Shown: positions 38,749 through 48,147 of the stretch, one piece after another
Numbering within the stretch: position 1 is the first letter of the stretch
Layout: every line of letters begins with the position of its first letter
The notes under the pieces: model-generated
What the model was told of the DNA's origin: nothing
The model's database searches: none
Seen by the model: only the letters and a program-made list of their open reading frames with translations
Made by a program: the position numbers and the translations under genes
Source of the DNA: a virus
Length of the DNA: 64,000 bases
IMG/VR virus record: IMGVR_UViG_3300028844_005363
Span: 1-64,000 of that record
Strand: one strand, 5' to 3'

Positions 38749-40365
38749 TTACACAGCATAACTATCGTAAGCACCAACCTCTGGTTCTTCCTCTTCTTCC
38801 CAAATTTGTGAATCTTCATTAAAAGAAAGAGGGGTTTCTTCACTAGGCATAAATGAGTTGATCAGCGGCAACATTGATATTGTATCCGCAAAGTCATCAT
38901 GCTTAGATTTAAAGCCTTTACGTGATACTAGTTGCATTTCTTCCTGCATTTCTAGCATCTCTGGTGACTTATTAAGTTCCTCAGGAAACAATATTTTATG
39001 GTTCTTGAATAACGGAACCACTACATTAAATCGCGTAATTTTATCAGTGCTAGGTCTAATGCCTGGATTACCTTCATTGTTCTCAGAAGTTAGATTAAAG
39101 TAACAACGCTTAGTACCCATCTCTCTTCTAACCCAAGAAACAAAACCTTTCTGTTGTCCGCTTATTTCAATACCTACTTCTAGTGGTTTATAAATTTGAA
39201 CCAGTCTAAATAAGTCATCGACAGTCACAGCCATATCTTGCTGCTTACAAACACCGTCTACCCAAAACCAAGTACCATCAGAACTTAATGCCCACACAGA
39301 AATAACACTGAAATCACTAGCTTCCTTTTCAGAAGTTGCAAAATCCGTAGTGATATAAAAGTTATAACCATCTTTATGTTTAAGTAATGTGTTTCGTGAA
39401 TACCAGTTAATTTCGCTGTCTTTAATTAATCTATCTTCTTCTGACATAATTCGTAGCATTAGCTCCTGATTGAATGAATCCACCTTACCCGCTTTGAAAG
39501 CTTTGGTGTACTGTTTAAGTACATAATCATAAGTAAATCTATCAGGCCATGAGCCTTTAAACTCACTACGCTTGCATGGAAATTTTTCACATACAGGGTA
39601 AACGTTTACGTACCATGCACCAGACTCAACCGCTTTGTACAATGGGTCACGGGCGTTAAAGGGTGTACCTGACCATATGATTTTAGACTTAGTAGGATGC
39701 AGAGCGTAATCCACAGCTTTATACACTGTGTCATCTACGCTCGCTATAACCGTTTCTGAGCGTGCATCTTCATCAGATATTAAATCGTCCAGCACAGCAA
39801 GCACAGGACGCTTACCCATCTCCTTGGCTCCACGTACGCCGGTCTTAGCACCATAACCTTTTATAATAAAACGATTGCCGTCAGTGTTTCTAAATTCCCA
39901 ACGTATATCAGTAAACTTAGCCACAGGCACATATTCTTGTAAAAATTCAGAGTTCTCCCAACGGAACTCCAAGTTTTTACGCATATTTTTTACACCATTC
40001 TCTATACTATCAGAAACATAGATAGCCAAAGGCACTCTACCAAAGCCAGGAATTGAACCATAAACAGCAATGTATAAAAATAAGTACTCACCTAACAATG
40101 TTGTTTTCGCTATGCCACGGTGACATAGGTTGATTGTGTTTTGGCGCTTACCACTTATTTGATCAAGCATACGTAAATGAACTACAGGTGTTTTATTCTC
40201 CTCACCCTCATGACCATTAACCATCTTAATGAATGTCACAAATTCAACGGCAAAAGTACTTGGTACATAGCAATCATCTATTGAATAATTTACTTCATTA
40301 ATCCAAGCTTCTACTGTCTTTTCTGTTGGTTCCTCTAAAGGCACTTCCTCATCAAAATCATACAT
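38749..40365 (-). CDS. terL: Terminase large subunit, N4 gp68-like
   Basis: CHRGIAKTT, VLDDL, WSGTPF, TTDFATS, KHDDFADTISML. Confidence 0.95.
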   Translation of the reverse strand: MYDFDEEVPLEEPTEKTVEAWINEVNYSIDDCYVPSTFAVEFVTFIKMVNGHEGEENKTPVVHLRMLDQISGKRQNTINLCHRGIAKTTLLGEYLFLYIAVYGSIPGFGRVPLAIYVSDSIENGVKNMRKNLEFRWENSEFLQEYVPVAKFTDIRWEFRNTDGNRFIIKGYGAKTGVRGAKEMGKRPVLAVLDDLISDEDARSETVIASVDDTVYKAVDYALHPTKSKIIWSGTPFNARDPLYKAVESGAWYVNVYPVCEKFPCKRSEFKGSWPDRFTYDYVLKQYTKAFKAGKVDSFNQELMLRIMSEEDRLIKDSEINWYSRNTLLKHKDGYNFYITTDFATSEKEASDFSVISVWALSSDGTWFWVDGVCKQQDMAVTVDDLFRLVQIYKPLEVGIEISGQQKGFVSWVRREMGTKRCYFNLTSENNEGNPGIRPSTDKITRFNVVVPLFKNHKILFPEELNKSPEMLEMQEEMQLVSRKGFKSKHDDFADTISMLPLINSFMPSEETPLSFNEDSQIWEEEEEPEVGAYDSYAV

Positions 40366-41059
40366 CTTCTATGTCCTGTATTGGTTTATGGAATAGAGAA
40401 GACTGAGCCACCTCATGAGCGTTGTTGTTACCTTGCTTGATACTATTCACCTGTTTCTCAGCAAACTCGTTCATAGCTGTGCGTAGAGCGTCTATTGCAC
40501 TATCTTCTTTGTGCGTTATTTCTAATTCCATTTTAGACACTTCAGGCTGTTTAAGATGGGTCATAAGACTGTTTGCAGCATCCGATCGGACTTTAGGACT
40601 TACATCAAGATTGGTAGCTATACTGTGCTGTACGTTAATAGCATCCTGAAATTTATCCGAGTTAAGTATGTACGATGGAATTAGAGTTTGTTCTCTAATT
40701 TTATTAACCAAAATACTTTTGTTATATGCAGCTACATGGCTACTAATATCTTTATCAGTTACGCCATTATCTAAATGTGTTTGGTAGCGATCAGGAAAAG
40801 TTTTTATGTAAGCAGATTTATTAGTATCACCGCGCACCTTGAAACCCATGTAACGAACAGCATCAATATAGCTATCCATTTTAAAGCGACCATCGTTAAG
40901 TACACTAGTAAAACCCAATAAATTATCGCGATAAACTTCGCGCTCATAAGGGTCATCAAATAGTGAATTAACGGTATCAACTAAACTTTGTGTTGCTCGT
41001 TCTTTTATATGTTTAGGCAGGACAGCCTTGAATGTATCTAGTGTTAAACCATTACTCAT
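40358..41059 (-). CDS. N4 gp69-like protein (probable terminase small subunit)
   Basis: YIDAVRY, AYIKTFPDRY, VSPKVRSDAANSLMTHLK. Confidence 0.8.
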   Translation of the reverse strand: MSNGLTLDTFKAVLPKHIKERATQSLVDTVNSLFDDPYEREVYRDNLLGFTSVLNDGRFKMDSYIDAVRYMGFKVRGDTNKSAYIKTFPDRYQTHLDNGVTDKDISSHVAAYNKSILVNKIREQTLIPSYILNSDKFQDAINVQHSIATNLDVSPKVRSDAANSLMTHLKQPEVSKMELEITHKEDSAIDALRTAMNEFAEKQVNSIKQGNNNAHEVAQSSLFHKPIQDIEDV

Positions 41060-41088
41060 TGTGAATGCTCGAAGTTAAATAATGATTT

Positions 41089-41118
41089 AGTATATAGGTG
41101 CTTGGTAGGTATAAGCAA
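41089..41118 (-). promoter_or_regulatory. Putative sigma70-like late promoter
   Basis: TTGCTT-18 nt-TATACT on the - strand. Confidence 0.45.
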
Positions 41119-41185
41119 ACAATGTTACAAACCTCTCGTCTGCGACTTCGGTTTGTAGCATTGTTTGTTTGAGGGTTTTTCTATT

Positions 41186-42433
41186 TTACAAAGTACCCCA
41201 CAACCAAGTGCCGTCACTTTGCCCTATTTGTATCTCACCTTCTTTTGGTACGTTTCCTTGTGCATCAATAGATAAAGGTGTCATTGCATAAGGTAAAGAT
41301 ACAGGTAAACCTTCATTTACTTGTACTTGTGTTTTGTAAACCAAAGGCGTTACTAAGTACTCTATAACAGGTACTTTGCCACTAGCGTCCCAATCATCAC
41401 CAGTATTTGAAAATGAGTAACCCATCTTAGTTGCACCTAATGGAACGGTTACAGATCTAAAAGCCCCATCAGCGCCGTCATGATACGAAGCAAAACCAGA
41501 AGAGATAAAATTGTTATCGTCATCAGCAAAGTAATAACTTGAGTTATCCCCGCCAGTATCTAACTTGATCACAAAATTTGGCTCAACATCAATTAGCGTT
41601 GTGGCTCGTCTATCAGCCTTGCTTGAGTCAAAGCGCAGTATAGGAGTTTCTGTAGTACCGCCCTTATACCAGTTACCATTTTGTACTGTAAAAGGTAAAG
41701 AACCCGTAGGTAACAAAATAGGTTGATCTTCCATAGTCATAGTCATGGCTGCTTTTAAAGGCAACACTTGACTAAAAATGTAATTAACTAAACGACGCAA
41801 ACCATTAAAATTTGGGTGCGTAAAGTCAAGGTAGAAGTCATCATTAAGGTGCACATCTGTAGTAGCATACTTACCACTGACGTATACAGAATCAGCAAAC
41901 TCAGCAGGAAGCGTTTTATACATAGCATCCATTTCATCATTAATATCTGTACCAGTCTCATTAGGTGATACAAAGATTATTAGTGTGTCTGGCTTTGCTG
42001 TTAAGTATGTCGTAAGTCCTGCAATAATATCAGCCTTAACTTCTGCAACTGTTCTACTAGATTTATTAATACCTAAAGACATTTCAAGAATAGTTGTACT
42101 TCCTGTGCCTGGGGTATTATCTATAGCTTCTTGTACTGTAGAGTTACCAGTATTACTTGCCCACCATAAAGCTGTTTGTCCGCCGCTAGCATTGTTATAT
42201 GGTTCAAAGTTTATCTTCGCTAATTGTGGTTCGTAGTAGATAGTTGAATCTAGCTCACCACTACTACGAGTACTATCTCCTGTAACGATGTAAGTGTACT
42301 TTTCATCGGCAGCTAAAGCTTCAGTAAAGCGTTGTTTGATTGGCGTGTTATCTTGCGCAATAAGCGCATTGATATTCTCTTTAATAAGTTCGGTAGTGTA
42401 GTTCACACCACAAACCATATTTACTAGATACAT
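41186..42433 (-). CDS. Second SGNH esterase tail-associated protein (paralogue of 35968-37995 C-terminus)
   Basis: GDSTRSSGE, LGINK, DFTHPN; extensive identity to the tail fibre; SD GAGGA. Confidence 0.8.
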   Translation of the reverse strand: MYLVNMVCGVNYTTELIKENINALIAQDNTPIKQRFTEALAADEKYTYIVTGDSTRSSGELDSTIYYEPQLAKINFEPYNNASGGQTALWWASNTGNSTVQEAIDNTPGTGSTTILEMSLGINKSSRTVAEVKADIIAGLTTYLTAKPDTLIIFVSPNETGTDINDEMDAMYKTLPAEFADSVYVSGKYATTDVHLNDDFYLDFTHPNFNGLRRLVNYIFSQVLPLKAAMTMTMEDQPILLPTGSLPFTVQNGNWYKGGTTETPILRFDSSKADRRATTLIDVEPNFVIKLDTGGDNSSYYFADDDNNFISSGFASYHDGADGAFRSVTVPLGATKMGYSFSNTGDDWDASGKVPVIEYLVTPLVYKTQVQVNEGLPVSLPYAMTPLSIDAQGNVPKEGEIQIGQSDGTWLWGTL

Positions 42434-42589
42434 AGTATTAAGTCCTCGTTGCACTGTATTAATTTATCACTACAGCTAACTAGTTTTGTGACAGAATCGT
42501 ACCACTTAAATTCTGTAGTTTTATTTACAATTAGTGATGCCAGTAAGTTTACCTTAATGGGTTTACTAATTAAATTACGAGAAATCATA

Positions 42590-42850
42590 TTAACCGCCGT
42601 AGCTTTGCACTATTAGATTGGTAACATTAGTAGCAACTAACACAGGGAAGTTGCCTTGCCCATGCACTAAAGATAACGTACTAGGTACTGTTATAGCACC
42701 TTCGGGAATATCAACATATTGACCGTTAGAGTCTGAGAAAGCTAACTTTGCAGAACCCGCACCCAAGTCGCCAGAGAATACGAATACTGTAGTGGTTTGA
42801 TTGTGGTTCGCTACTACAGTGTTAGTAGTACCGGTGATTACTTTTTTCAT
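42590..42850 (-). CDS. Small beta-rich hypothetical protein (possible virion accessory)
   Basis: ORF with SD AGGA. Confidence 0.6.
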   Translation of the reverse strand: MKKVITGTTNTVVANHNQTTTVFVFSGDLGAGSAKLAFSDSNGQYVDIPEGAITVPSTLSLVHGQGNFPVLVATNVTNLIVQSYGG

Positions 42851-42912
42851 TGTCTATCCTAATGGTTAAAAACAGGACTGATATTAACAGACCTGTTTTT
42901 AACAAGGTAGAA

Positions 42913-43401
42913 CTACTTAACCAGTACCCAATCCTCTGCTAGTAAATCTGACTGTGACGCGACCCAAGGTACAACATCACCATCCACAGATTTTATTGCT
43001 ATGTAGGCACGATAAGAAACATATGGTCCAAACGCAGCTTTAGCCACTTCTGTTTGTGCAGGGTAAATATTTTCAGGTACGTAGTACAGAAACATACCTT
43101 TACCATTCCAGCCCTTACGAGCAACCTTGTGACCTTCTTTAAGCAACACAATAGCATCACCCATAGAAACGCCATACTCAACACCACGATACGCATTATG
43201 GAACACTTCACTAGGCGACCATGAGATATAACCTTTATGGTTTGGGTGATTACTTTCACCGCCATCAACATACTCAACTAAGTAACCTGCATCATCAGTC
43301 TCATCTTCTGGCATAACCCAACCACGATAATCATTATATTGTTGGCGAGTCATTGCAGTACATAGTACTTGTTTGGTTCCAATACACAGCTCATTATTCA
43401 T
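42913..43401 (-). CDS. DUF2829 (Tad2-like) domain fused to GTK..SWSP domain; candidate anti-defence sponge
   Basis: GHKVARKGWNGKGMF, VPWVASQSDLLAEDW; N-terminal IGTK..GYLVEY..YISWSP..F..AY. Confidence 0.75.
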   Translation of the reverse strand: MNNELCIGTKQVLCTAMTRQQYNDYRGWVMPEDETDDAGYLVEYVDGGESNHPNHKGYISWSPSEVFHNAYRGVEYGVSMGDAIVLLKEGHKVARKGWNGKGMFLYYVPENIYPAQTEVAKAAFGPYVSYRAYIAIKSVDGDVVPWVASQSDLLAEDWVLVK

Positions 43402-43405
43402 GTGA

Positions 43406-43945
43406 CTATTCCCCTTCTTCTATTTTTTTAATGCGAGTAGTTAGAATACTTTCGTAGTCTTTCATTATGTCAAACTGGTTACTTAAATCATTTTGTGATT
43501 CTAAAGTTAAACCCTTGAACATAGGTGTATAAAAGAAATCACCTAATGCTTTAACTTTCACAGACAACTCAGCTAGTTCAATACGCATGCGCTCAATAAA
43601 AGTAGTCTCAACTTTTGGGGCTGCTAAAGTCTTAGCTAGGTGGTAGCCTTCAAGCTCCCATAACTTTTCGCGTGATTCTTTTACGCACTTTTCAGTACAG
43701 TATTTAACACCAAGCTCAGCATTGAAATTACGTTTATCTACACAAGCCATCTCAGAAACAGCTAATGTGAAGTCAACAGCTCCCATTGGTAACACGCCCA
43801 CAACAAGAGTAGTAGTCGTACCTTCTACAAGTGATGGTTTATAAATCACTTGCTCCATCAGCTCAGCTATATATTCAGGCAATACTTTAGGAAATATTGC
43901 ACCATTGTCTTCAAAGTCTTTACACATATCTTTATCGTCAGTCAT
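43406..43945 (-). CDS. Phage gp49/66-family domain fused to crAss001_48-like helical domain
   Basis: ACVDKRNFNAELG...KLWELEGY; C-terminal ERMRIELAEL..K..AL..F...Q...M..Y..IL..RI. Confidence 0.7.
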   Translation of the reverse strand: MTDDKDMCKDFEDNGAIFPKVLPEYIAELMEQVIYKPSLVEGTTTTLVVGVLPMGAVDFTLAVSEMACVDKRNFNAELGVKYCTEKCVKESREKLWELEGYHLAKTLAAPKVETTFIERMRIELAELSVKVKALGDFFYTPMFKGLTLESQNDLSNQFDIMKDYESILTTRIKKIEEGE

Positions 43946-44310
43946 TACTTTCCCTCAACATTAAAAATTCTACCATCTATAAATCTATGGGTTGATTCTG
44001 CTTCCCACATCTCTTTAACTTTATCAGCCTTACAACTACTATGACCGATATAAATTACATACTGTCTAGGTCTTAATTGATCAACTAATATCAAACCTAA
44101 CTTAGTAAGTTCACGCTTACGTTTAGCTAAAGTATTTTTGGTAATACCTAAACCAAGCATAATATAACTATCATTAAAGTCAGCACCATTACGTAGCCCC
44201 GACAAGTAACCATAAAGCCTATAAGCGCCATCACTTAAAGAACTATCAATAGCTAAAGACTTGTCCATCTTTACCCAATTCTCTTTAGGGAATATATGCC
44301 TAACTATCAC
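43945..44310 (-). CDS. Helix-turn-helix DNA-binding protein
   Basis: LSDGAYRLYGYL, LGITKNTLAKRKRELTKLGLI. Confidence 0.7.
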   Translation of the reverse strand: MIVRHIFPKENWVKMDKSLAIDSSLSDGAYRLYGYLSGLRNGADFNDSYIMLGLGITKNTLAKRKRELTKLGLILVDQLRPRQYVIYIGHSSCKADKVKEMWEAESTHRFIDGRIFNVEGK

Positions 44311-44537
44311 AAAGTAACTCCTGCCTTGATAGCATGATGCCCAACCATGTAAACCAATTCTACATAAGCTTCAACAAACGTAGTTTCTTCCTCACCATAA
44401 GGGTCTTCTCTACGAGGATAAGCAACACCAGTATCTGAAACTACATGCCCTACCTTTTCATAAACTTCTTTAGCGGGTGATTTAGATATGGCTGACAAGT
44501 AAGCTTCTTTAGCCTTAGCTTCTCTAGTTAAACACAT
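44307..44537 (-). CDS. Hypothetical protein
   Basis: ORF track; first gene of the - strand block. Confidence 0.55.
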   Translation of the reverse strand: MCLTREAKAKEAYLSAISKSPAKEVYEKVGHVVSDTGVAYPRREDPYGEEETTFVEAYVELVYMVGHHAIKAGVTL

Positions 44538-45007
44538 AACAATCTCTTCTGACTTAATTGGTTCTACACACTAGCAGTATTGACATAATCAATCAATATA
44601 ACCAACTACTGTTAATTTATACAGTGGGTATCTTTTATTGGGTAGCGTACAAGGTATCTTTATTTGGGGGTACTATACAAGAATACGTTCGTTCGCTTCG
44701 CTCTCTCTCTGAATGGCTCCGCAAACTTTAAAGATAGTAGCGGGATTTTTCAAAAATTTTTTGTGAGAAAAGTTGGGGGGAATTTTCTAATCTGGGTATC
44801 AAGGTAGTACTGTGTGTATTTACTCCAAAAGCTGAGACTACCCCCCCTACCTAATTACTTCTGTGGTTCGCAGACTACCTACCCACCTTCTTGCTTCTAC
44901 TATCACCACGCTCATACTCTCAACTCCTCAGGCATGTTGACCTCATACATATTCTCAGCAGTGCTACGCACCAGTGATGAACAATACCGTTCAATCAATC
45001 ATAGGAT
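44538..45007. other. Probable genome end / terminal-repeat junction
   Basis: Divergence point between the late block and the early block; short repeats and a G-to-C skew flip; N4-like genomes start just before the first vRNAP promoter. Confidence 0.6.
44961..44971 (+). promoter_or_regulatory. vRNAP hairpin promoter 1
   Basis: GTGC-TAC-GCAC; template strand GTGC-GTA-GCAC (GNA triloop). Confidence 0.8.
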
Positions 45008-45295
45008 ATGACAATGAAAATCTTTAAAGCTATCGGTACAGTAGTAGACGCAATGACATCAGCAGCAGTAAAAGGCTGTAAAACTGTAGAGAATGTATTT
45101 AGTTATACTGAATCAGTAAGTGGTTCTATGCTACTAGAACAACAGTTAGATGCTCATAAAGCTAACCAACTAATCATGCAGGATATGGCAGACCAAGGCA
45201 TAGATATTAGTGAGTTCAGCACTACTATCAAACCTAAGGCAAAGGCTCAAACCAAAGAGCCTAAACCTAAAGCCAAGTCTAAAGGTAAGGCATAA
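45008..45295 (+). CDS. Early protein (gp1 position)
   Basis: First ORF after promoter 1; SD AGGA; Lys-rich tail. Confidence 0.75.
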   Translation: MTMKIFKAIGTVVDAMTSAAVKGCKTVENVFSYTESVSGSMLLEQQLDAHKANQLIMQDMADQGIDISEFSTTIKPKAKAQTKEPKPKAKSKGKA

Positions 45296-45302
45296 CATCA
45301 AC

Positions 45303-45320
45303 GCTAGTCTTCGGACTAGC
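45303..45320 (+). terminator. UUCG hairpin
   Basis: GCTAGTC-TTCG-GACTAGC; no T run. Confidence 0.5.
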
Positions 45321-45348
45321 AACCCTCATTATCAATAAGGACATAACC

Positions 45349-45600
45349 ATGTTTACTCTAATCAAACTAACATTCAAACTACTCTTTATCTCTTTAACCA
45401 AACAGAATAAAGAAGCCATCACAGCAATCCAAACAGAGGTAGCCATAGCTTACCTCAAGCGTGAAACTAGACCACTAGACCAGTTAGGTGTAGAAGAGCT
45501 ACGTTACCTACGTACTCAAGTACAACGTGGTGCACCAGCATCAAGCAACAAGACAAACCAACTTCATCGTATAGATTATCGTATAGCTAATCTGTCGTAA
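45349..45600 (+). CDS. Early hypothetical protein
   Basis: SD AAGGA. Confidence 0.7.
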   Translation: MFTLIKLTFKLLFISLTKQNKEAITAIQTEVAIAYLKRETRPLDQLGVEELRYLRTQVQRGAPASSNKTNQLHRIDYRIANLS

Positions 45601-45942
45601 CAAATTCCCTAGTCACTAGTAATAGTGATTAGGGATTAAAACCTAAGCCACTTAGCCCACACAACACAACACCATTAGAGATAGGGAGATAGGGAAATTC
45701 CTCCTAATATTAATATCTAAATAGTTCCATCACAAGCTCCTCTAAGCCATCCTAAGCACACATAGAATTAAGCCATGCCATTGTATTCCTATAGGGGAGA
45801 AATGCTCTGAGGATTGACTAGGGTAGTAATAATAGTCTCCACTCCATCCCAATATCTACTCACTCCATTAAACTATATCTACCCTATAAACCAACAAATA
45901 AATACAGGGATTTTAATTGGTAAGAAATAGTTAACTTTAAGA

Positions 45943-45953
45943 GTGCTTCGCAC
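45943..45953 (+). promoter_or_regulatory. vRNAP hairpin promoter 2
   Basis: GTGC-TTC-GCAC. Confidence 0.85.
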
Positions 45954-45990
45954 AAGAGGTGAAATTCATTTAATTAAAAGGAATACAAAT

Positions 45991-46332
45991 ATGACAGTTG
46001 TACCAGAGACTTTAGTTATCGCCTTTACTCATAAAAGTGTGTGTTTAGGTATATGTGCTGTGTTACAGGATGCATATCTTAAAGGTGACATATCATCAAA
46101 TACTGAGTCTTTATTAAAAGCCAGAATGTATAGCTTCTTAATAGATAAAGGTTGGTACTCAGGACTACCTTTGTATCCTATATCTGATGTGCCTAGTAGC
46201 GGTTTAAGTGCCTTACATGCATTCCATAGCAACGATAACTTATGGAATATAAACACTCCATATGGTCGTAGAAGAATTCTTGTTTATAAAGAACTTTGTG
46301 AATACCTTGAACAACTAAATGCAGGTATCTAA
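45991..46332 (+). CDS. Early protein, paralogue family A
   Basis: GIC...YPI...NLWN..TPYGRRR. Confidence 0.75.
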   Translation: MTVVPETLVIAFTHKSVCLGICAVLQDAYLKGDISSNTESLLKARMYSFLIDKGWYSGLPLYPISDVPSSGLSALHAFHSNDNLWNINTPYGRRRILVYKELCEYLEQLNAGI

Positions 46333-46356
46333 TCCAACCCTTTGTGTAATCAAACA

Positions 46357-46367
46357 GTGCTGCGCAC
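46357..46367 (+). promoter_or_regulatory. vRNAP hairpin promoter 3
   Basis: (A)GTGC-TGC-GCAC(T). Confidence 0.8.
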
Positions 46368-46412
46368 TTAGCGTGGTATTTGTTTGACACTATTTTTATT
46401 AAGGAATAAACC

Positions 46413-46667
46413 ATGAATATAAATTCACTTAATCAGATGATTAAAGTTATTACTAACAGACCTGTAATTATAGAAGTTAGTGATGCTAATGGAACTGTGT
46501 ATCGTCTAGTAAGTAAAGTTACTAATTATGACCCAATTACTAAAGAGAGTGTGCCTTGTATTCTTTTACAAGAAGGTACAAATGGTAAGTATTTAGAGGG
46601 TGAAGGGTACATAGCTGTTAGCTATGAATACTTGTTTTTATACAGTGAAGTTGATGCATTAGCTTAA
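46413..46667 (+). CDS. Early hypothetical protein
   Basis: SD AAGGA. Confidence 0.7.
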   Translation: MNINSLNQMIKVITNRPVIIEVSDANGTVYRLVSKVTNYDPITKESVPCILLQEGTNGKYLEGEGYIAVSYEYLFLYSEVDALA

Positions 46668-46770
46668 AGGGAAAGTTATGGAATTTAATAGTGATTTATA
46701 TAAGCAAGCAATGGCAACTTACGTTGTGAAGTCTATGAGCATCTTAATGATTATTTAATGGAGTTACGTA

Positions 46771-47133
46771 ATGCTGAGTAAAGAAATAAAAGCAGATATA
46801 GCCGAACGGTTTGTAGATGTACCTTTAAATAAAGATTGTGGTATTTGTCACCATATAGGTGAAGTACATCAGGACGATGATGAGTACGTGTATTTGCATA
46901 CTCATTTACGCAATGCCATTAAGCAATCAGGTTACGGATACGATGAACCATCATGCGATACATTCCCCATTAAACCTTGGGATGGTGCTGGTGGTGATGA
47001 TGGGCATACAGCCTATATCACCGCTGTTAATAGTAACAATTTATGGAACCGTACTACTGAATATGGGCGTAGAAGACATGCCGTGTATAACATTATGTTA
47101 GATAACTTACGTGAAGACGTGAGCCAGTCTTAG
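46771..47133 (+). CDS. Early protein, paralogue family A
   Basis: GIC...FPI...NLWN..TEYGRRR; SD GGAG. Confidence 0.75.
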   Translation: MLSKEIKADIAERFVDVPLNKDCGICHHIGEVHQDDDEYVYLHTHLRNAIKQSGYGYDEPSCDTFPIKPWDGAGGDDGHTAYITAVNSNNLWNRTTEYGRRRHAVYNIMLDNLREDVSQS

Positions 47134-47135
47134 CA

Positions 47136-47146
47136 GTGCTTCGCAC
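47136..47146 (+). promoter_or_regulatory. vRNAP hairpin promoter 4
   Basis: GTGC-TTC-GCAC. Confidence 0.85.
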
Positions 47147-47178
47147 GGGTTATAGTATTTAACTTTAAGGAAATATTT

Positions 47179-47541
47179 ATGAAGATTCAAGAATTGTTAA
47201 ACCTGTATAAATCTAACTGTAACACTATCGAAAATGGTGTTGCTGCTTTAGGCAATGCACAGGTAGCAATAGTCAGTAAGATTTATGACTTGACTGAACA
47301 AACCAAAGCATCGGTTTTACTCACTCTTGAGCAAACCAATCTGCTTACTGAGGTTGATGCTATTCGTGACCTTAGTGATGATGATTTCTTATTACTACAG
47401 GATTTAGTAATGGAAAGTGATGAAGCATCTCGTTGGCATAACAGCAATGTAGATGTCATCGTAGATGTGTATTCCACTTGGCATCCTTGTGATGTATGTA
47501 GTGGTGCTTACACATTCGATGAACCTTGTGTGTTTCATTAA
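47179..47541 (+). CDS. Early hypothetical protein with C-terminal CxxC
   Basis: SD AAGGA; HPCDVC. Confidence 0.7.
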   Translation: MKIQELLNLYKSNCNTIENGVAALGNAQVAIVSKIYDLTEQTKASVLLTLEQTNLLTEVDAIRDLSDDDFLLLQDLVMESDEASRWHNSNVDVIVDVYSTWHPCDVCSGAYTFDEPCVFH

Positions 47542-47738
47542 TGAGTAAGGTAAGTTCATTAATTACGGCACTATCTACAACGATAGTGCTGCTCCTCATT
47601 CTTAGTGTTACACCACTAGAATTATATAGTAGTCAGCCAATCAAGTTAGCTAAATACTTCTTGGTTGCTTACTCAATTACAACAGTCTATTACATGATAG
47701 CTGTGTTCATTGAAAAGGTTACACCTCATGAAAAATAA
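47541..47738 (+). CDS. Small two-TM membrane protein
   Basis: TAATG coupling; two hydrophobic helices. Confidence 0.6.
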   Translation: MSKVSSLITALSTTIVLLLILSVTPLELYSSQPIKLAKYFLVAYSITTVYYMIAVFIEKVTPHEK

Positions 47739-48138
47739 ATATGAGCGCATGGCGTATGAATTAGAACACAACTTAGATACTCGTAATTCGTTGTGTTCTA
47801 ACATGTCTAAGATTTGCAACCAGTATAACTTAGGTGATAAAGCAGTGTTTACAGACTTAGCAAAAGAGGAAGCAGGTAAGTTATTACTGCTCTCACTTGA
47901 TTCATTATTCTTTATCAAGTCACCCGGTGAGCATCCTGCAGATGCATTTATGAAGTCGTATAAGGCACGTGATTTCTATGACTTGTCTTTAGAGTCATGC
48001 AGGAATAGACATAAGGTTACGCAGTCTTTAATACTTACTTTGTATAAGAAGTCAGATGAGTATGTGCGTACTATCTCAACCATCAAAACAGTCGGTTTAG
48101 TTGGTCTGTTAATGATAACAGCAATATTTGTAATTTAA
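47728..48138 (+). CDS. Family A paralogue with C-terminal TM
   Basis: Starts MKNKYE; similar to 48148-48555. Confidence 0.7.
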   Translation: MKNKYERMAYELEHNLDTRNSLCSNMSKICNQYNLGDKAVFTDLAKEEAGKLLLLSLDSLFFIKSPGEHPADAFMKSYKARDFYDLSLESCRNRHKVTQSLILTLYKKSDEYVRTISTIKTVGLVGLLMITAIFVI

Positions 48139-48147
48139 GGAACACCA

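Noticed and set aside
44690-44725. GCTTCGC and GCTCCGC as further vRNAP promoters
   Set aside because: Stems are only 2-3 bp and lack the GTGC/GCAC consensus.
44814-45011. 65-aa ORF in the terminal region
   Set aside because: GTG start, low-complexity sequence, and it spans promoter 1 and the likely genome end.
46678-46758. 26-aa mini-ORF
   Set aside because: Too short to support without expression data, although a weak SD is present.
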